A DNA stretch of 64,000 bases from Christensenellaceae bacterium (GTDB taxonomy: Bacteria > Bacillota > Clostridia > Christensenellales > SZUA-584), in contig CAXXFB010000001.1 of assembly GCA_963674545.2 (NCBI GenBank), forward strand, positions 2,484,744-2,548,743, read 5' to 3'. How positions within the stretch are numbered: position 1 is the stretch's first letter; each line of letters begins with the position of its first letter. The position numbers and the translations under genes are program-made. Positions 18,638-27,723 of the stretch are shown here, piece after piece. Below the pieces are notes generated by a model. The model saw only the letters and a program-made list of their open reading frames with translations, ran no database searches and was not told where the DNA came from.

Positions 18638-20359
18638 ATGGCAAGAAAAAAGTTTTATGTCAATGAAGAAGCGGGAGAACAAACTGAAAAAAAGAATGTG
18701 TGGAGTGTTGCAAAGTATATCCGTCTTTCAAGAATGGATGGTGATAACTTAGAGAGCGATAGCGTTGTTAATCAAAGAAAGCTGCTCAATGATTACATCG
18801 ACGAGCATGACGATTTTATAGGCATAGAAGAATTCATTGATGATGACTGGACCGGAACGAACTTTGAGCGCCCCGGTTTCCAAAGGATGATGCGGGAGAT
18901 TGAAAACAGAAACATCAACTGCGTTATTGTAAAAGACTTATCACGTTTCGGTAGAAACTACATAGAAGCCGGTAGATACCTTGAGCATACTCTTCCGACG
19001 TTCAATTGCAGAATCATATCCGTTATAGATGAACTGGACAGCTTCAAAGATACGGACGCTGCGCTTGGGCTTATGGTTCGTATAAAAAACCTTATCCATG
19101 ACCATAACAGCCAGGACATATCCAAGAAAGTAAGAGAAACGAAGAACATGCTCCGTAAAGAAGGCAAATATATTTCTCAACCTCCCTTCGGATACAAGAA
19201 AGATCCGAGTGACAGATATAAGCTGGTTATTGACGAAGAAGCTGCAACGGTTGTAAGAAAGATATTTAATATGTACTTGGAAGGTATGGGAACCATACGT
19301 ATTTCACAAAGGCTGAACGAGCTCGGAATAATGACACGGGGAGATTATATTAAGACAGGTTCGATATACAGGGACGATAATATTGTTTCGAGCACAAAAG
19401 GCTGGAGACCAAACGGTATACGCAGTATGCTGAGCAACAAAGCATATATAGGAGCGGTGTGCCAGCGGCGGAGAACCACGAGGAATTATAAGGACAGAAA
19501 ACCAATCTATTTGGATGAAAAAGACCAAATAGTTGTATACGACATGCACGAACCGATTGTCAGCAGAGAACAGTTTGATAAAGTGCAGGAGATTCTAAAA
19601 AGAAGATGCACAAAAACATCTCAGTATAGCAAAGAACTATATTTGTTCTCTGGAATGTTACGCTGTGCAGGGTGTAAATCCTCAATGATAAGAAATCCTA
19701 AGTTCCATAAGAACAAGTGGTATGTATATTACAAATGCCGAGGATACAATCAACGTGGCACGAAAGTTTGCAATCATTCACACAGTATAAGCGAAGAAAA
19801 GCTAGTTGTAGCTGTAAGGTATGCTTTGAACATACAGATTCAAACGCTAGTTGATATGAAACGAGTTATAGAAGCAATAAATAAGAATAAACAGCGGCAA
19901 CGCATGTCAATAGACTATGACAAGCTGATTATTGAGAAATCAGTAAAAAAGGAAAAGATTAGAACCATGAAGCTAAGCAGCTACATGGACTGGAAAAGCG
20001 GTACGGTTTCAAAAGATGAGTATACATTCATGCGTGATAAGTTTGACAGTATGATTGAGCAGTTGAACAAAGAAATGTCCAATTTGAAAAGTGAAAAGCG
20101 AGCCGAGGAAGATATACGCAGCAATCAGTATGGCTGGCTGGATAGCATGATCAGTAACGGATATCTGAGCACTTTATCCAGGGAGATAACAACAGAATTT
20201 ATCGACTGTATCTACGTTGGGAAAGACAAAAAGGTTCAAATCGTTTTCAAGCATAAGGATGAGTTCCAAAGGCTAACCGGTTATATTGAAAAGCATGCTG
20301 GATCATGTTATGAAGAGCAAGGAGGTGTGCTCAATGTATCAGATGGCATTGCAAGATAA
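18638..20359 (+). CDS. Large serine recombinase
   Basis: The ATG at 18638 follows AGGAGG. Resolvase motifs 'YIRLSRMDG' (Ser nucleophile) and 'VKDLSRFGRN', a recombinase domain, and the Cys cluster 'CAGCKSSM...YYKCRGY...VCNH'. Confidence 0.9.
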   Translation: MARKKFYVNEEAGEQTEKKNVWSVAKYIRLSRMDGDNLESDSVVNQRKLLNDYIDEHDDFIGIEEFIDDDWTGTNFERPGFQRMMREIENRNINCVIVKDLSRFGRNYIEAGRYLEHTLPTFNCRIISVIDELDSFKDTDAALGLMVRIKNLIHDHNSQDISKKVRETKNMLRKEGKYISQPPFGYKKDPSDRYKLVIDEEAATVVRKIFNMYLEGMGTIRISQRLNELGIMTRGDYIKTGSIYRDDNIVSSTKGWRPNGIRSMLSNKAYIGAVCQRRRTTRNYKDRKPIYLDEKDQIVVYDMHEPIVSREQFDKVQEILKRRCTKTSQYSKELYLFSGMLRCAGCKSSMIRNPKFHKNKWYVYYKCRGYNQRGTKVCNHSHSISEEKLVVAVRYALNIQIQTLVDMKRVIEAINKNKQRQRMSIDYDKLIIEKSVKKEKIRTMKLSSYMDWKSGTVSKDEYTFMRDKFDSMIEQLNKEMSNLKSEKRAEEDIRSNQYGWLDSMISNGYLSTLSREITTEFIDCIYVGKDKKVQIVFKHKDEFQRLTGYIEKHAGSCYEEQGGVLNVSDGIAR

Positions 20360-21935
20360 TATTACATGGTATACCGCCATATACGTTAGGATTACAGACA
20401 ATGAGAAGAAAAAAGGGCTATATGATAGCATTGATAATCAGATAAAAATATTAAAGCAGTATGCACTGAAAAAAGAACTCGTTAACGTACGTGTATTTGC
20501 GGATGAGCATAAGAAGGGAGGCAACTTTGACCGCCCTGCGTTCAAGCAGATGATGGAAGAAATCAAGCAAGGAAATATTAACTGCGTGATGGTAAAAGAC
20601 CTTTCTCGTTTTGGCAGAGAACACATAGAAGGTGATTATTTACTTGAGGTGTTCTTCCCAGAGAACGACGTTCGATTGATATCTAAGCTTGAACGAATTG
20701 ATAGCTATACGGACCCAAATCGAATGAACAGCATTGAGATTCCGCTTATTAATCTTTTCAACGAACAGTATTTGCGGCAGGTATCTAACTCAACAAAAGC
20801 CAGCCTTAAGATGAAGCGCAAAGAAGGTAAGTTCGTTGGTTCAAGAATACCATACGGATATCTGCGTTCTGATGAAGACAAGCATCAGCTGATAGTCGAT
20901 GAATCAGTGCGAGATATTATTGTTAACATCTTTGAAATGTATCTGAACTACATGAGCTTTCATGCAATTGCTCAGAAACTTAATACAGATAATATCCTGG
21001 CGCCTTCGCAGCATTACAAAGAGATGCATGGACAAACAGTTAAACAAGATACAATGTGGAATGCTAATGCTATACGGAATATCATAACACAACCCATTTT
21101 GACCGGCGACATGGTGCAAGGGCGAACGGTTTCATACAGTCACAAGGTGAAAAAGCGTGTGCCGCTGCCAAAAGATAAATGGACTGTTGTAGAGAATACG
21201 CATGAGTCGATCATTGATAGAGAAACATTTAATACAGCACAGGCAATTGTTGAGAAGAAGTCAAGACCTACAGTGCGGAAACAAAAAACTATGCCGTCCG
21301 TTTTGGCGGGATTCATGGTCTGCGGTGATTGCCATGCTGTAATGCAGCGTACGGTTTCTACACATAATGGTAAGAAGTATTACCATATGATTTGCAGCAC
21401 ATACAAGAAGCTGGGGAAAACGGCCTGTACAAATCATCTGGTCTCTGAGAGTAAAATCAAAGAAGTTTTGCTTATAACAATAAATAAACTTATCGACGTT
21501 ATCGTTGATGTGGAAAAAGCGATAAAAGAAAATAAGCGTAACGAGATTTCCAAGCTAAGAGCAAAGCTTAAACAGGAATTAAAATCTTCGACGATTGAAA
21601 GAGAGAGGATTGCATCAATCAAAGCGGGGCTATACAGCGATTATAAGCAGGATGTTATTTCACTTGAAGACTACAAGGATATGAAACAGCAATTCGAAAA
21701 AAAGCAAAATGTGCTGGATAAGAAAATTGATAGGTTAAATAAAGATTTGTTTCAAATTGATAACGTGAATTCCTATTCAACTGATGCTGCAAATGCTTTT
21801 ATAAAGTATTCAGGTATTTTGGTGATAACCAGAGAGCTGCTTGGGGACCTGGTAGAAAAGATTGTTATTGATGCAGATAAGAATATAAAAATTATCTTCA
21901 AGTTTCAAGACGAGTTGAAGCGATATCTAAATTAA
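20334..21935 (+). CDS. Large serine recombinase paralogue with Thr at the nucleophile position
   Basis: The ATG at 20334 lies 8 nt after GGAGG and overlaps the upstream gene by 26 nt. 'YVRITDNE' aligns with 'YIRLSRMD' (ACA codon). 'VKDLSRFGRE' and the Cys cluster 'CGDCHAVMQR...CSTYKKLGKTACTNH' are intact. Confidence 0.85.
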   Translation: MYQMALQDNITWYTAIYVRITDNEKKKGLYDSIDNQIKILKQYALKKELVNVRVFADEHKKGGNFDRPAFKQMMEEIKQGNINCVMVKDLSRFGREHIEGDYLLEVFFPENDVRLISKLERIDSYTDPNRMNSIEIPLINLFNEQYLRQVSNSTKASLKMKRKEGKFVGSRIPYGYLRSDEDKHQLIVDESVRDIIVNIFEMYLNYMSFHAIAQKLNTDNILAPSQHYKEMHGQTVKQDTMWNANAIRNIITQPILTGDMVQGRTVSYSHKVKKRVPLPKDKWTVVENTHESIIDRETFNTAQAIVEKKSRPTVRKQKTMPSVLAGFMVCGDCHAVMQRTVSTHNGKKYYHMICSTYKKLGKTACTNHLVSESKIKEVLLITINKLIDVIVDVEKAIKENKRNEISKLRAKLKQELKSSTIERERIASIKAGLYSDYKQDVISLEDYKDMKQQFEKKQNVLDKKIDRLNKDLFQIDNVNSYSTDAANAFIKYSGILVITRELLGDLVEKIVIDADKNIKIIFKFQDELKRYLN

Positions 21936-21960
21936 TAGAGAAAAGGATAATAAAGTATGA

Positions 21961-21988
21961 AACGACCGGCGGAAATGTCGGTTGTTTT
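21961..21988 (+). terminator. Rho-independent terminator after the recombinase pair
   Basis: AACGACCG-gcggaaatgt-CGGTTGTT stem (one G.T pair) followed by a T-run. Confidence 0.5.
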
Positions 21989-22017
21989 TATATTAAAAAA
22001 TATTATGGAGGCTTGAT

Positions 22018-22569
22018 ATGAACAAACGTTATGAACAAGAAAACAACGGGAATAAGAAAAAGAAAGTGATTATTATTTTGATAATTGTATTCGCCATTGC
22101 AGCGATAGCTTTATTTCTGTTAAAGAGTTGTAACGAAGACCAGAGTACTACCGAACCAGAAACGAAACCTGTCCTTCTTGAAGACGAGGGCAGTTCAATC
22201 GACGGTGAAGCACAGACCAGAAGTAAAGAAGAAATCCTTGAAGAGCTAAAAAAGCAGCAGCTAATTGTAACGGACAAGATTAGCTCAAATATCATTTTTA
22301 ATTCTGGTGAAGTTGGTTCGATTGGCGAATGGATTGTTGAGAACTTAAAAGAGAACGATGTAATTCAACAGGCGGAAGTTTATTGGAACGATGTGCTTAT
22401 TGCCAAGACAACACCGATATATCCAAATCAACATATTACGGGAGTGTCGCTTCTTGAAAGCATAGAACCAGGTGAATATGAAGCAACAGCTTATCTGAAT
22501 TACTATGACACCGAAACAAAAGAGTTTCTTAGTAAGGCTGGATATTCAATTCATCTTACAGTTAGATAG
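22018..22569 (+). CDS. Membrane-anchored protein of unknown function
   Basis: GGAGG RBS, a basic N-terminus, then the TM helix 'VIIILIIVFAIAAIALFLL'. Confidence 0.55.
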   Translation: MNKRYEQENNGNKKKKVIIILIIVFAIAAIALFLLKSCNEDQSTTEPETKPVLLEDEGSSIDGEAQTRSKEEILEELKKQQLIVTDKISSNIIFNSGEVGSIGEWIVENLKENDVIQQAEVYWNDVLIAKTTPIYPNQHITGVSLLESIEPGEYEATAYLNYYDTETKEFLSKAGYSIHLTVR

Positions 22570-22612
22570 TCATCCGGTTAACGGAAAAATATATATTTTA
22601 TGGAGGTAATAA

Positions 22613-23215
22613 ATGAAATTGAAACTTAGAAAAGTCTTTATGATGATGGTTGTTGTTGCTCTGATAGTGGCTGCAACGACAGCAACGGCTCTTGCAGATG
22701 ACACAATAACAACTGGAGAAGGAGATGCATCAGCGACAGTGCCGGTTGAGGGAACAATATCGGCGTTGACTGTTTCGGTGACTCATCCAGCAACAATTGC
22801 ATACTCGATTGATCCGAATACCGGTGATACTTATGGTATCATAGCTCCTGAAATTACGCTGGTTAATAACACCTTGGTTCCTGTCAGAGTTACAGTTGAG
22901 TCGATGTTTGCTACTCCCGGCGGCACATTGCAGTTCGCCGATGTACTGCCTGCAGATAAGGATTGGGCAAATCTCAATGTTGCAGATTCAAAAGAGTTTA
23001 TTGCACTTGGGTTAAAAATCCCACCTAATGTTATGGAATGGAATGCAGGATATAACGAAGGCACCTATTACGCAGCGGATATGACGATGGTTGAGTTTGG
23101 AACTTTAAACTATGGCTGCATGGGTGTTCTCACGCTTGTTGCTAACCATGGTCTGGCATTTGACCAGGCATATACTTCGATGCATAGCTTATTTTTCATG
23201 TTTGATTTGGTGTAG
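22613..23215 (+). CDS. Secreted protein of unknown function
   Basis: GGAGG RBS and signal peptide 'MMMVVVALIVAATTATALA'. Confidence 0.55.
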   Translation: MKLKLRKVFMMMVVVALIVAATTATALADDTITTGEGDASATVPVEGTISALTVSVTHPATIAYSIDPNTGDTYGIIAPEITLVNNTLVPVRVTVESMFATPGGTLQFADVLPADKDWANLNVADSKEFIALGLKIPPNVMEWNAGYNEGTYYAADMTMVEFGTLNYGCMGVLTLVANHGLAFDQAYTSMHSLFFMFDLV

Positions 23216-23313
23216 TTATAAGTAATTAAGTAATAAATGTAGCTGGAGTACCGGATGACTATATCCAGCTATATTAGCTTATATTTGAAATCAAATTAAT
23301 CTGGTGATAAGAT

Positions 23314-23341
23314 AAAAGCACGTCAGAAACGACGTGCTTTT
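23314..23341. terminator. Strong bidirectional terminator
   Basis: AAAAGCACGTC-agaaac-GACGTGCTTTT. Confidence 0.7.
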
Positions 23342-23388
23342 AAAACTTTATCGAACAGGAAGTAATTATTCTGTCCTATCCGAAATTA

Positions 23389-23398
23389 TGGCGGAGAG
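23389..23398. repeat. Copy of the tRNA-Ser 3' end (TGGCGGAGAG), candidate left att core of the mobilisable island
   Basis: Identical 10-mer to 39169-39178, and 11 of 12 positions if extended. It lies in an intergenic region at the expected element edge. Confidence 0.5.
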
Positions 23399-23481
23399 AG
23401 AAGCCACCGAATCGATGCACTCAAAATGAAAATAGTAGAATATAAGTAGTTCAGCTAAAACTATTTTGAGGAGTATTGATT

Positions 23482-23802
23482 ATGAAAAAAAGAATCGAAA
23501 ATAGCATAGAGTACGAATTAATAGGTGACATTTCGTATCCAAAACTTGAGAGTAAAAACGGAGATACTAGGCTTGGAGCGTATGGATTAATGCGGCTAAA
23601 ATATCTTGAGCAGAATAAATCCGGGTTATATGAGCAATTATTTTTAGCCGGAGACTTGTTTAGTCACTGCAAAGAGATTGAGCTTCAAGCAAAGCAGATG
23701 AAGTATATGCTTGTTAAGCAATGTATTACGAAGTATATCGATATTCTGCAGGCATTTGATATTGCTGAGGAAACGGTAAAGCAAGATTTGATTTATTGCT
23801 AA
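23482..23802 (+). CDS. TnpV-like transposon protein
   Basis: The ATG at 23482 lies 8 nt after GAGGAG. 'LGAYGLMRLKYLEQNKSGLYEQLFLAGDLFSHCKEIELQA' resembles the TnpV family of Tn4451-type elements. Confidence 0.45.
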   Translation: MKKRIENSIEYELIGDISYPKLESKNGDTRLGAYGLMRLKYLEQNKSGLYEQLFLAGDLFSHCKEIELQAKQMKYMLVKQCITKYIDILQAFDIAEETVKQDLIYC

Positions 23803-23816
23803 TCTGTAAAGCTGAT

Positions 23817-23848
23817 AAGCAGCCTGCGAACTAATTTTCAGGCTGCTT
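23817..23848 (+). terminator. Terminator-like hairpin after the tnpV-like gene
   Basis: AAGCAGCCTG-12 nt-CAGGCTGCTT. The downstream T-run is weak. Confidence 0.45.
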
Positions 23849-23862
23849 ATTCTATCACGGTT

Positions 23863-23985
23863 ATGATGTGAGAAGAAATTACCTATGTTATTGTGATGTG
23901 AGTAAAAAATGAACGATTTTACCTATGAGCAATTTTTACCTATGAAAAATAAACATGGGTAAAAAATGCAGAATTTCTACCCATG
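23863..23985. repeat. Cluster of short repeats (TTTTACCYATG x5 and TGATGTGAG x2) upstream of the Fic/R-M operon
   Basis: Motif copies end at 23887, 23927, 23944 and 23985, with an inverted copy at 23954-23967. CATGGGTA/TACCCATG forms an 8-bp inverted repeat. Confidence 0.7.
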
Positions 23986-24047
23986 TCCTCTTGCAAAGTG
24001 TAAATAATTACTATATAATGTTTTCATATTGATTTGGAGTGTTCTTT

Positions 24048-25127
24048 ATGAAGGATTTTAAGCTTAATCCTCTTCCACCAAGAGGAAAATTAGAAACAAC
24101 ACGGGTACTGAAGCAATTATCAGCCTCACATCGTGCGTTGGCTGAATTGAATGGATATGCTAATATTATTCCAAACAAAAATATACTAATCAATGCTGTT
24201 ACGATCAATGAGGCCAAAGACAGTTCTGAGGTTGAAAACATAATAACAACGCATGATGAGTTATATAAAGCAATGGCTCAGAATTCAAATAGAAACAGCG
24301 CAAGTAAAGAAGTTATAAACTATCGTACTGCATTGTGGTACGGATATGAATTCGTAAAGTCAAATGAAAGGCTTACGATAAATGCAATTGTTGATATTCA
24401 GAAAAAGATTGAGAATAATGATGCTGGGATTCGATCCCAGCCAGGCACGAAGCTAATTAATGATGCAACAGGCGAAATTGTATATACTCCACCGGAAAGT
24501 AAGGACGAGATAATTACTCTGCTAAAAAATCTTGAGCAATATATCAATACTGATGATGATTCAATAGATCATCTTATGAAACTAGCTATAATTCACTATC
24601 AATTTGAAGCAATACATCCATTTTATGATGGTAATGGGCGTACCGGAAGAATCATCAATATTCTGTATTTAGTGTTGAAAGGCTTGCTAGACAGCCCGAT
24701 ACTATACCTTAGTAAATATATCATAAGAAATAAGACTGCATATTATAAGCTAATTAAAGAGGTCAGCACAAATGGTAATTGGGAAGATTGGATACTGTTT
24801 ATTTTAGCTGGAATTGAAGAGACCGCAGAGGAAACATTGCTGATGGTGAAGAATATCCATAATGAATTAAGCCATTATGTTGATGATTTGAGAAATGAGT
24901 TACCTAAGCTCTATTCAAAAGAACTTGTTGAATTATTATTCTTTGAGTTTTATACGAAGATTATTTATATCCAAGAAGGTTTAGGTGTATCCAGAAAAAC
25001 CGCAGTTACATACCTTAATGAACTTGAGGATAAAGGATTTTTAACATCGGAGCGAGTTGGAAAAGAGCGTATTTTTTTGAATCAAAGATTGTTAAATGTG
25101 GTAAAAAGCGCTGCTGAAAGAATATAA
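24048..25127 (+). CDS. Fic-family protein (AMPylase-type) with C-terminal winged-helix region
   Basis: The ATG at 24048 follows GGAG. It has the canonical Fic motif 'HPFYDGNGRTGR'. Confidence 0.9.
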   Translation: MKDFKLNPLPPRGKLETTRVLKQLSASHRALAELNGYANIIPNKNILINAVTINEAKDSSEVENIITTHDELYKAMAQNSNRNSASKEVINYRTALWYGYEFVKSNERLTINAIVDIQKKIENNDAGIRSQPGTKLINDATGEIVYTPPESKDEIITLLKNLEQYINTDDDSIDHLMKLAIIHYQFEAIHPFYDGNGRTGRIINILYLVLKGLLDSPILYLSKYIIRNKTAYYKLIKEVSTNGNWEDWILFILAGIEETAEETLLMVKNIHNELSHYVDDLRNELPKLYSKELVELLFFEFYTKIIYIQEGLGVSRKTAVTYLNELEDKGFLTSERVGKERIFLNQRLLNVVKSAAERI

Positions 25128-25174
25128 AGATTAACTAATATTATAGGCATATTAGCAACCCAAGGGGTAAATAC

Positions 25175-27715
25175 ATGAAAAAAGAGGCAAAGGCAAGGCT
25201 CAAGATTAATAATTTACTCAGAGAATCAGGATGGCGTTTTTTTGACGAGGGGAATAAACCTGCAAATGTTGCTGTTGAACTAAATGTAAAAATGACAACA
25301 ACTCAAGTAAATGAATACGGCGAAGACTTTGAAAAAACTACTAACGGTTTTATTGATTTTCTATTACTTGATGAAAATGGGAAACCTTATATTGTGTTGG
25401 AAGCTAAATCCGAGGATAAAAATCCATTGGTTGGCAAAGAGCAAGCAAGAAAATATGCAAAAAGCTTATATGTAAAATACGTTATCTTATCCAACGGAAA
25501 TATTCATTACTTTTGGGATATTGAAAAAGGCAATCCGCAAATCGTTGCAGGTTTTCCAAGTTATGAATCATTAAGAGATAGTAAGACATTCTCGGCAGAC
25601 CCGTATGCGCTATATAAAGAAGATATTAAAGATGATTATATAGCAGTTACACAAATTCCGAGATATGCAGATGATCCAAGATATCAAGACGAAACACAGA
25701 GGTCAGAATATATTGATGATACAGGGATTCGGTTCCTGAGAAAGTATCAAATAAACGCTATAAAAGCTTTACAAAAAGCTGCTAAGAAGGGCAATAAACG
25801 ATCTCTCTTCGAAATGGCAACAGGAACAGGGAAAACGCTCACCTCTGCAGCTATCATAAAATTATTTTTAAGAACTGGATGTGCTAATCGAGTTTTATTC
25901 CTTGTAGACAGACTAGAATTAGAAAACCAGGCTCTTAAGAATTTCGTCAGTTATCTTAAGAATGATTATCGCACTGTCATATACAAAAGGAATCCTGAAG
26001 ATTGGCGAAAAGCTGAAATTGTTGTTTCGACTGTCCAAACCCTACTTTCAAACAACAGATATAAAAGGATATTCAGACCTACCGACTTCGATTTAATAAT
26101 ATCGGATGAAGCGCACAGGTCAATAAACGGTAACAGCAGAGCCGTGTTTGAATATTTTCTAGGATATAAATTAGGATTAACTGCAACCCCCAAAAATTAT
26201 ATTAAAAATGTCGATGTCGAAAATATTCAGACATATGATCCAAGAGCGTGGGAACGCAGGCAGTTGCTTGATACATATAAAACATTTGGTTGTGAGAGCG
26301 GAGAGCCGACATTCAGCTATAGTCTTATAGACGGAGCAAATGATCCTTATGGTCCATATCTAATAAATCCTATAACTGTGGATGCGAGAACAGAAATAAC
26401 GACACAACTATTATCGGATAAGGGATATGCTATCGTTAATGGTGGCGACGAAGATGAAGAAGATCAGGAAGAGTTATATTTTGCCAGGCATTTTGAAAGA
26501 CGATTTTTCTCGGAGGAGACCAACAGGATTTTTTGTAAAACGATAATGGAAAATGCTTTGCATGATCCTGTTTCCGGAGAGATCGGTAAAACCATTGTTT
26601 TTGCAGTAAGCCGAAAGCATGTAGCTAAAATAACTCAGATACTCAACGAATATGCTGAACATATATATCCCGGGAAGTACAATTCCGATTTTGCGATGCA
26701 AATAACTTCTGATATATCAAATGTTCAAGAGTATACTGTAAACTTCCAAAACAACAATTTGAGTGGATGGACAAAGTTCATTGAGAATTATAAAAGTTCA
26801 AAAACAAGGGTTTGTGTTACTGTCGGTATGATGACAACAGGATATGACTGCCAGGATTTGTTGAATGTTGTTCTAATGCGCCCGATTTTTTCGCCGACCG
26901 ATTTTGTGCAGATTAAGGGAAGGGGTACGAGGATGTTTACATTTGAGCATTCTCAAAAAATGAATGGTATATCAGAAAAGGATTCCTTACCTAAGAATAA
27001 TTTCAAGTTGTTTGACTTCTTCGGGAACTGTGAGTATTTTGAAGAGAAATTCAATTATGACGAGGTTATTAAACTACCGAGAAAATCATCGTCAGTGGGA
27101 ATTGCCGGAGAACCGCAAACAGTTACCATAGGATATGGATTTGAGAATTTACTTCCAGATCCTCTTAAAACGATTCAAGAAACGCAAATTGGTAGCGAAG
27201 GCATGAAAATCGATCGCAAGCTGTATGAGAAATTTGAGGAGAAGATGCAGCAAGACGATTATGTCAAACAGCAATATCAGCAGGATAACATCAAGGAGGT
27301 TATGCGGTATCTGCAAGATAATGTGTTTGATAAGCCAAAAGATTATTTTAATTTGGAAAAGCTTCGCCGATCTATTAACGTTGACAGGCGTGTAAGCCTG
27401 CGTGAAATACTGGATAAGATATTTGGGAGCGTTCCATATTTCAAATCTAGGCGTGAAGTAATCGACGATGAGTTTGAAGGTTATTGTCTTACTCATGATA
27501 TAAATACCGAAAAATATTATGATATGAAGAATTTTTTCGAAGCCTATCTTACAAGTAAAGATATCAATCGTATCATAGAAGATAAAAAATATCAGAATCT
27601 ATCGACAAACCCGCGTTTTACATTTAACGAGCTTAGATCGCTGGGCAAGACCAATATGCTTTCAATAGTAGATTATATAAAGGATAATGTTAACACCAAC
27701 CAATTTTTATACTAG
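25175..27715 (+). CDS. hsdR: Type I restriction enzyme R subunit (nuclease + SF2 helicase)
   Basis: N-terminal PD-(D/E)XK 'FIDFLLLD...VLEAKSE', helicase motif I 'MATGTGKTLT' and motif II 'SDEAHRS'. Confidence 0.85.
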   Translation: MKKEAKARLKINNLLRESGWRFFDEGNKPANVAVELNVKMTTTQVNEYGEDFEKTTNGFIDFLLLDENGKPYIVLEAKSEDKNPLVGKEQARKYAKSLYVKYVILSNGNIHYFWDIEKGNPQIVAGFPSYESLRDSKTFSADPYALYKEDIKDDYIAVTQIPRYADDPRYQDETQRSEYIDDTGIRFLRKYQINAIKALQKAAKKGNKRSLFEMATGTGKTLTSAAIIKLFLRTGCANRVLFLVDRLELENQALKNFVSYLKNDYRTVIYKRNPEDWRKAEIVVSTVQTLLSNNRYKRIFRPTDFDLIISDEAHRSINGNSRAVFEYFLGYKLGLTATPKNYIKNVDVENIQTYDPRAWERRQLLDTYKTFGCESGEPTFSYSLIDGANDPYGPYLINPITVDARTEITTQLLSDKGYAIVNGGDEDEEDQEELYFARHFERRFFSEETNRIFCKTIMENALHDPVSGEIGKTIVFAVSRKHVAKITQILNEYAEHIYPGKYNSDFAMQITSDISNVQEYTVNFQNNNLSGWTKFIENYKSSKTRVCVTVGMMTTGYDCQDLLNVVLMRPIFSPTDFVQIKGRGTRMFTFEHSQKMNGISEKDSLPKNNFKLFDFFGNCEYFEEKFNYDEVIKLPRKSSSVGIAGEPQTVTIGYGFENLLPDPLKTIQETQIGSEGMKIDRKLYEKFEEKMQQDDYVKQQYQQDNIKEVMRYLQDNVFDKPKDYFNLEKLRRSINVDRRVSLREILDKIFGSVPYFKSRREVIDDEFEGYCLTHDINTEKYYDMKNFFEAYLTSKDINRIIEDKKYQNLSTNPRFTFNELRSLGKTNMLSIVDYIKDNVNTNQFLY

Positions 27716-27723
27716 GAGCTAAA

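Larger units (their letters stand above)
1..21990. mobile_element. Right-hand part of a conjugative element (ICE) with cargo and a terminal serine-recombinase module; left end outside the window
   Basis: Conjugation-associated genes lie at 1-3.7 kb, AT-rich cargo follows, and a tandem large serine recombinase pair reads outward and ends at 21935. The exact right junction is not identified. Confidence 0.4.
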
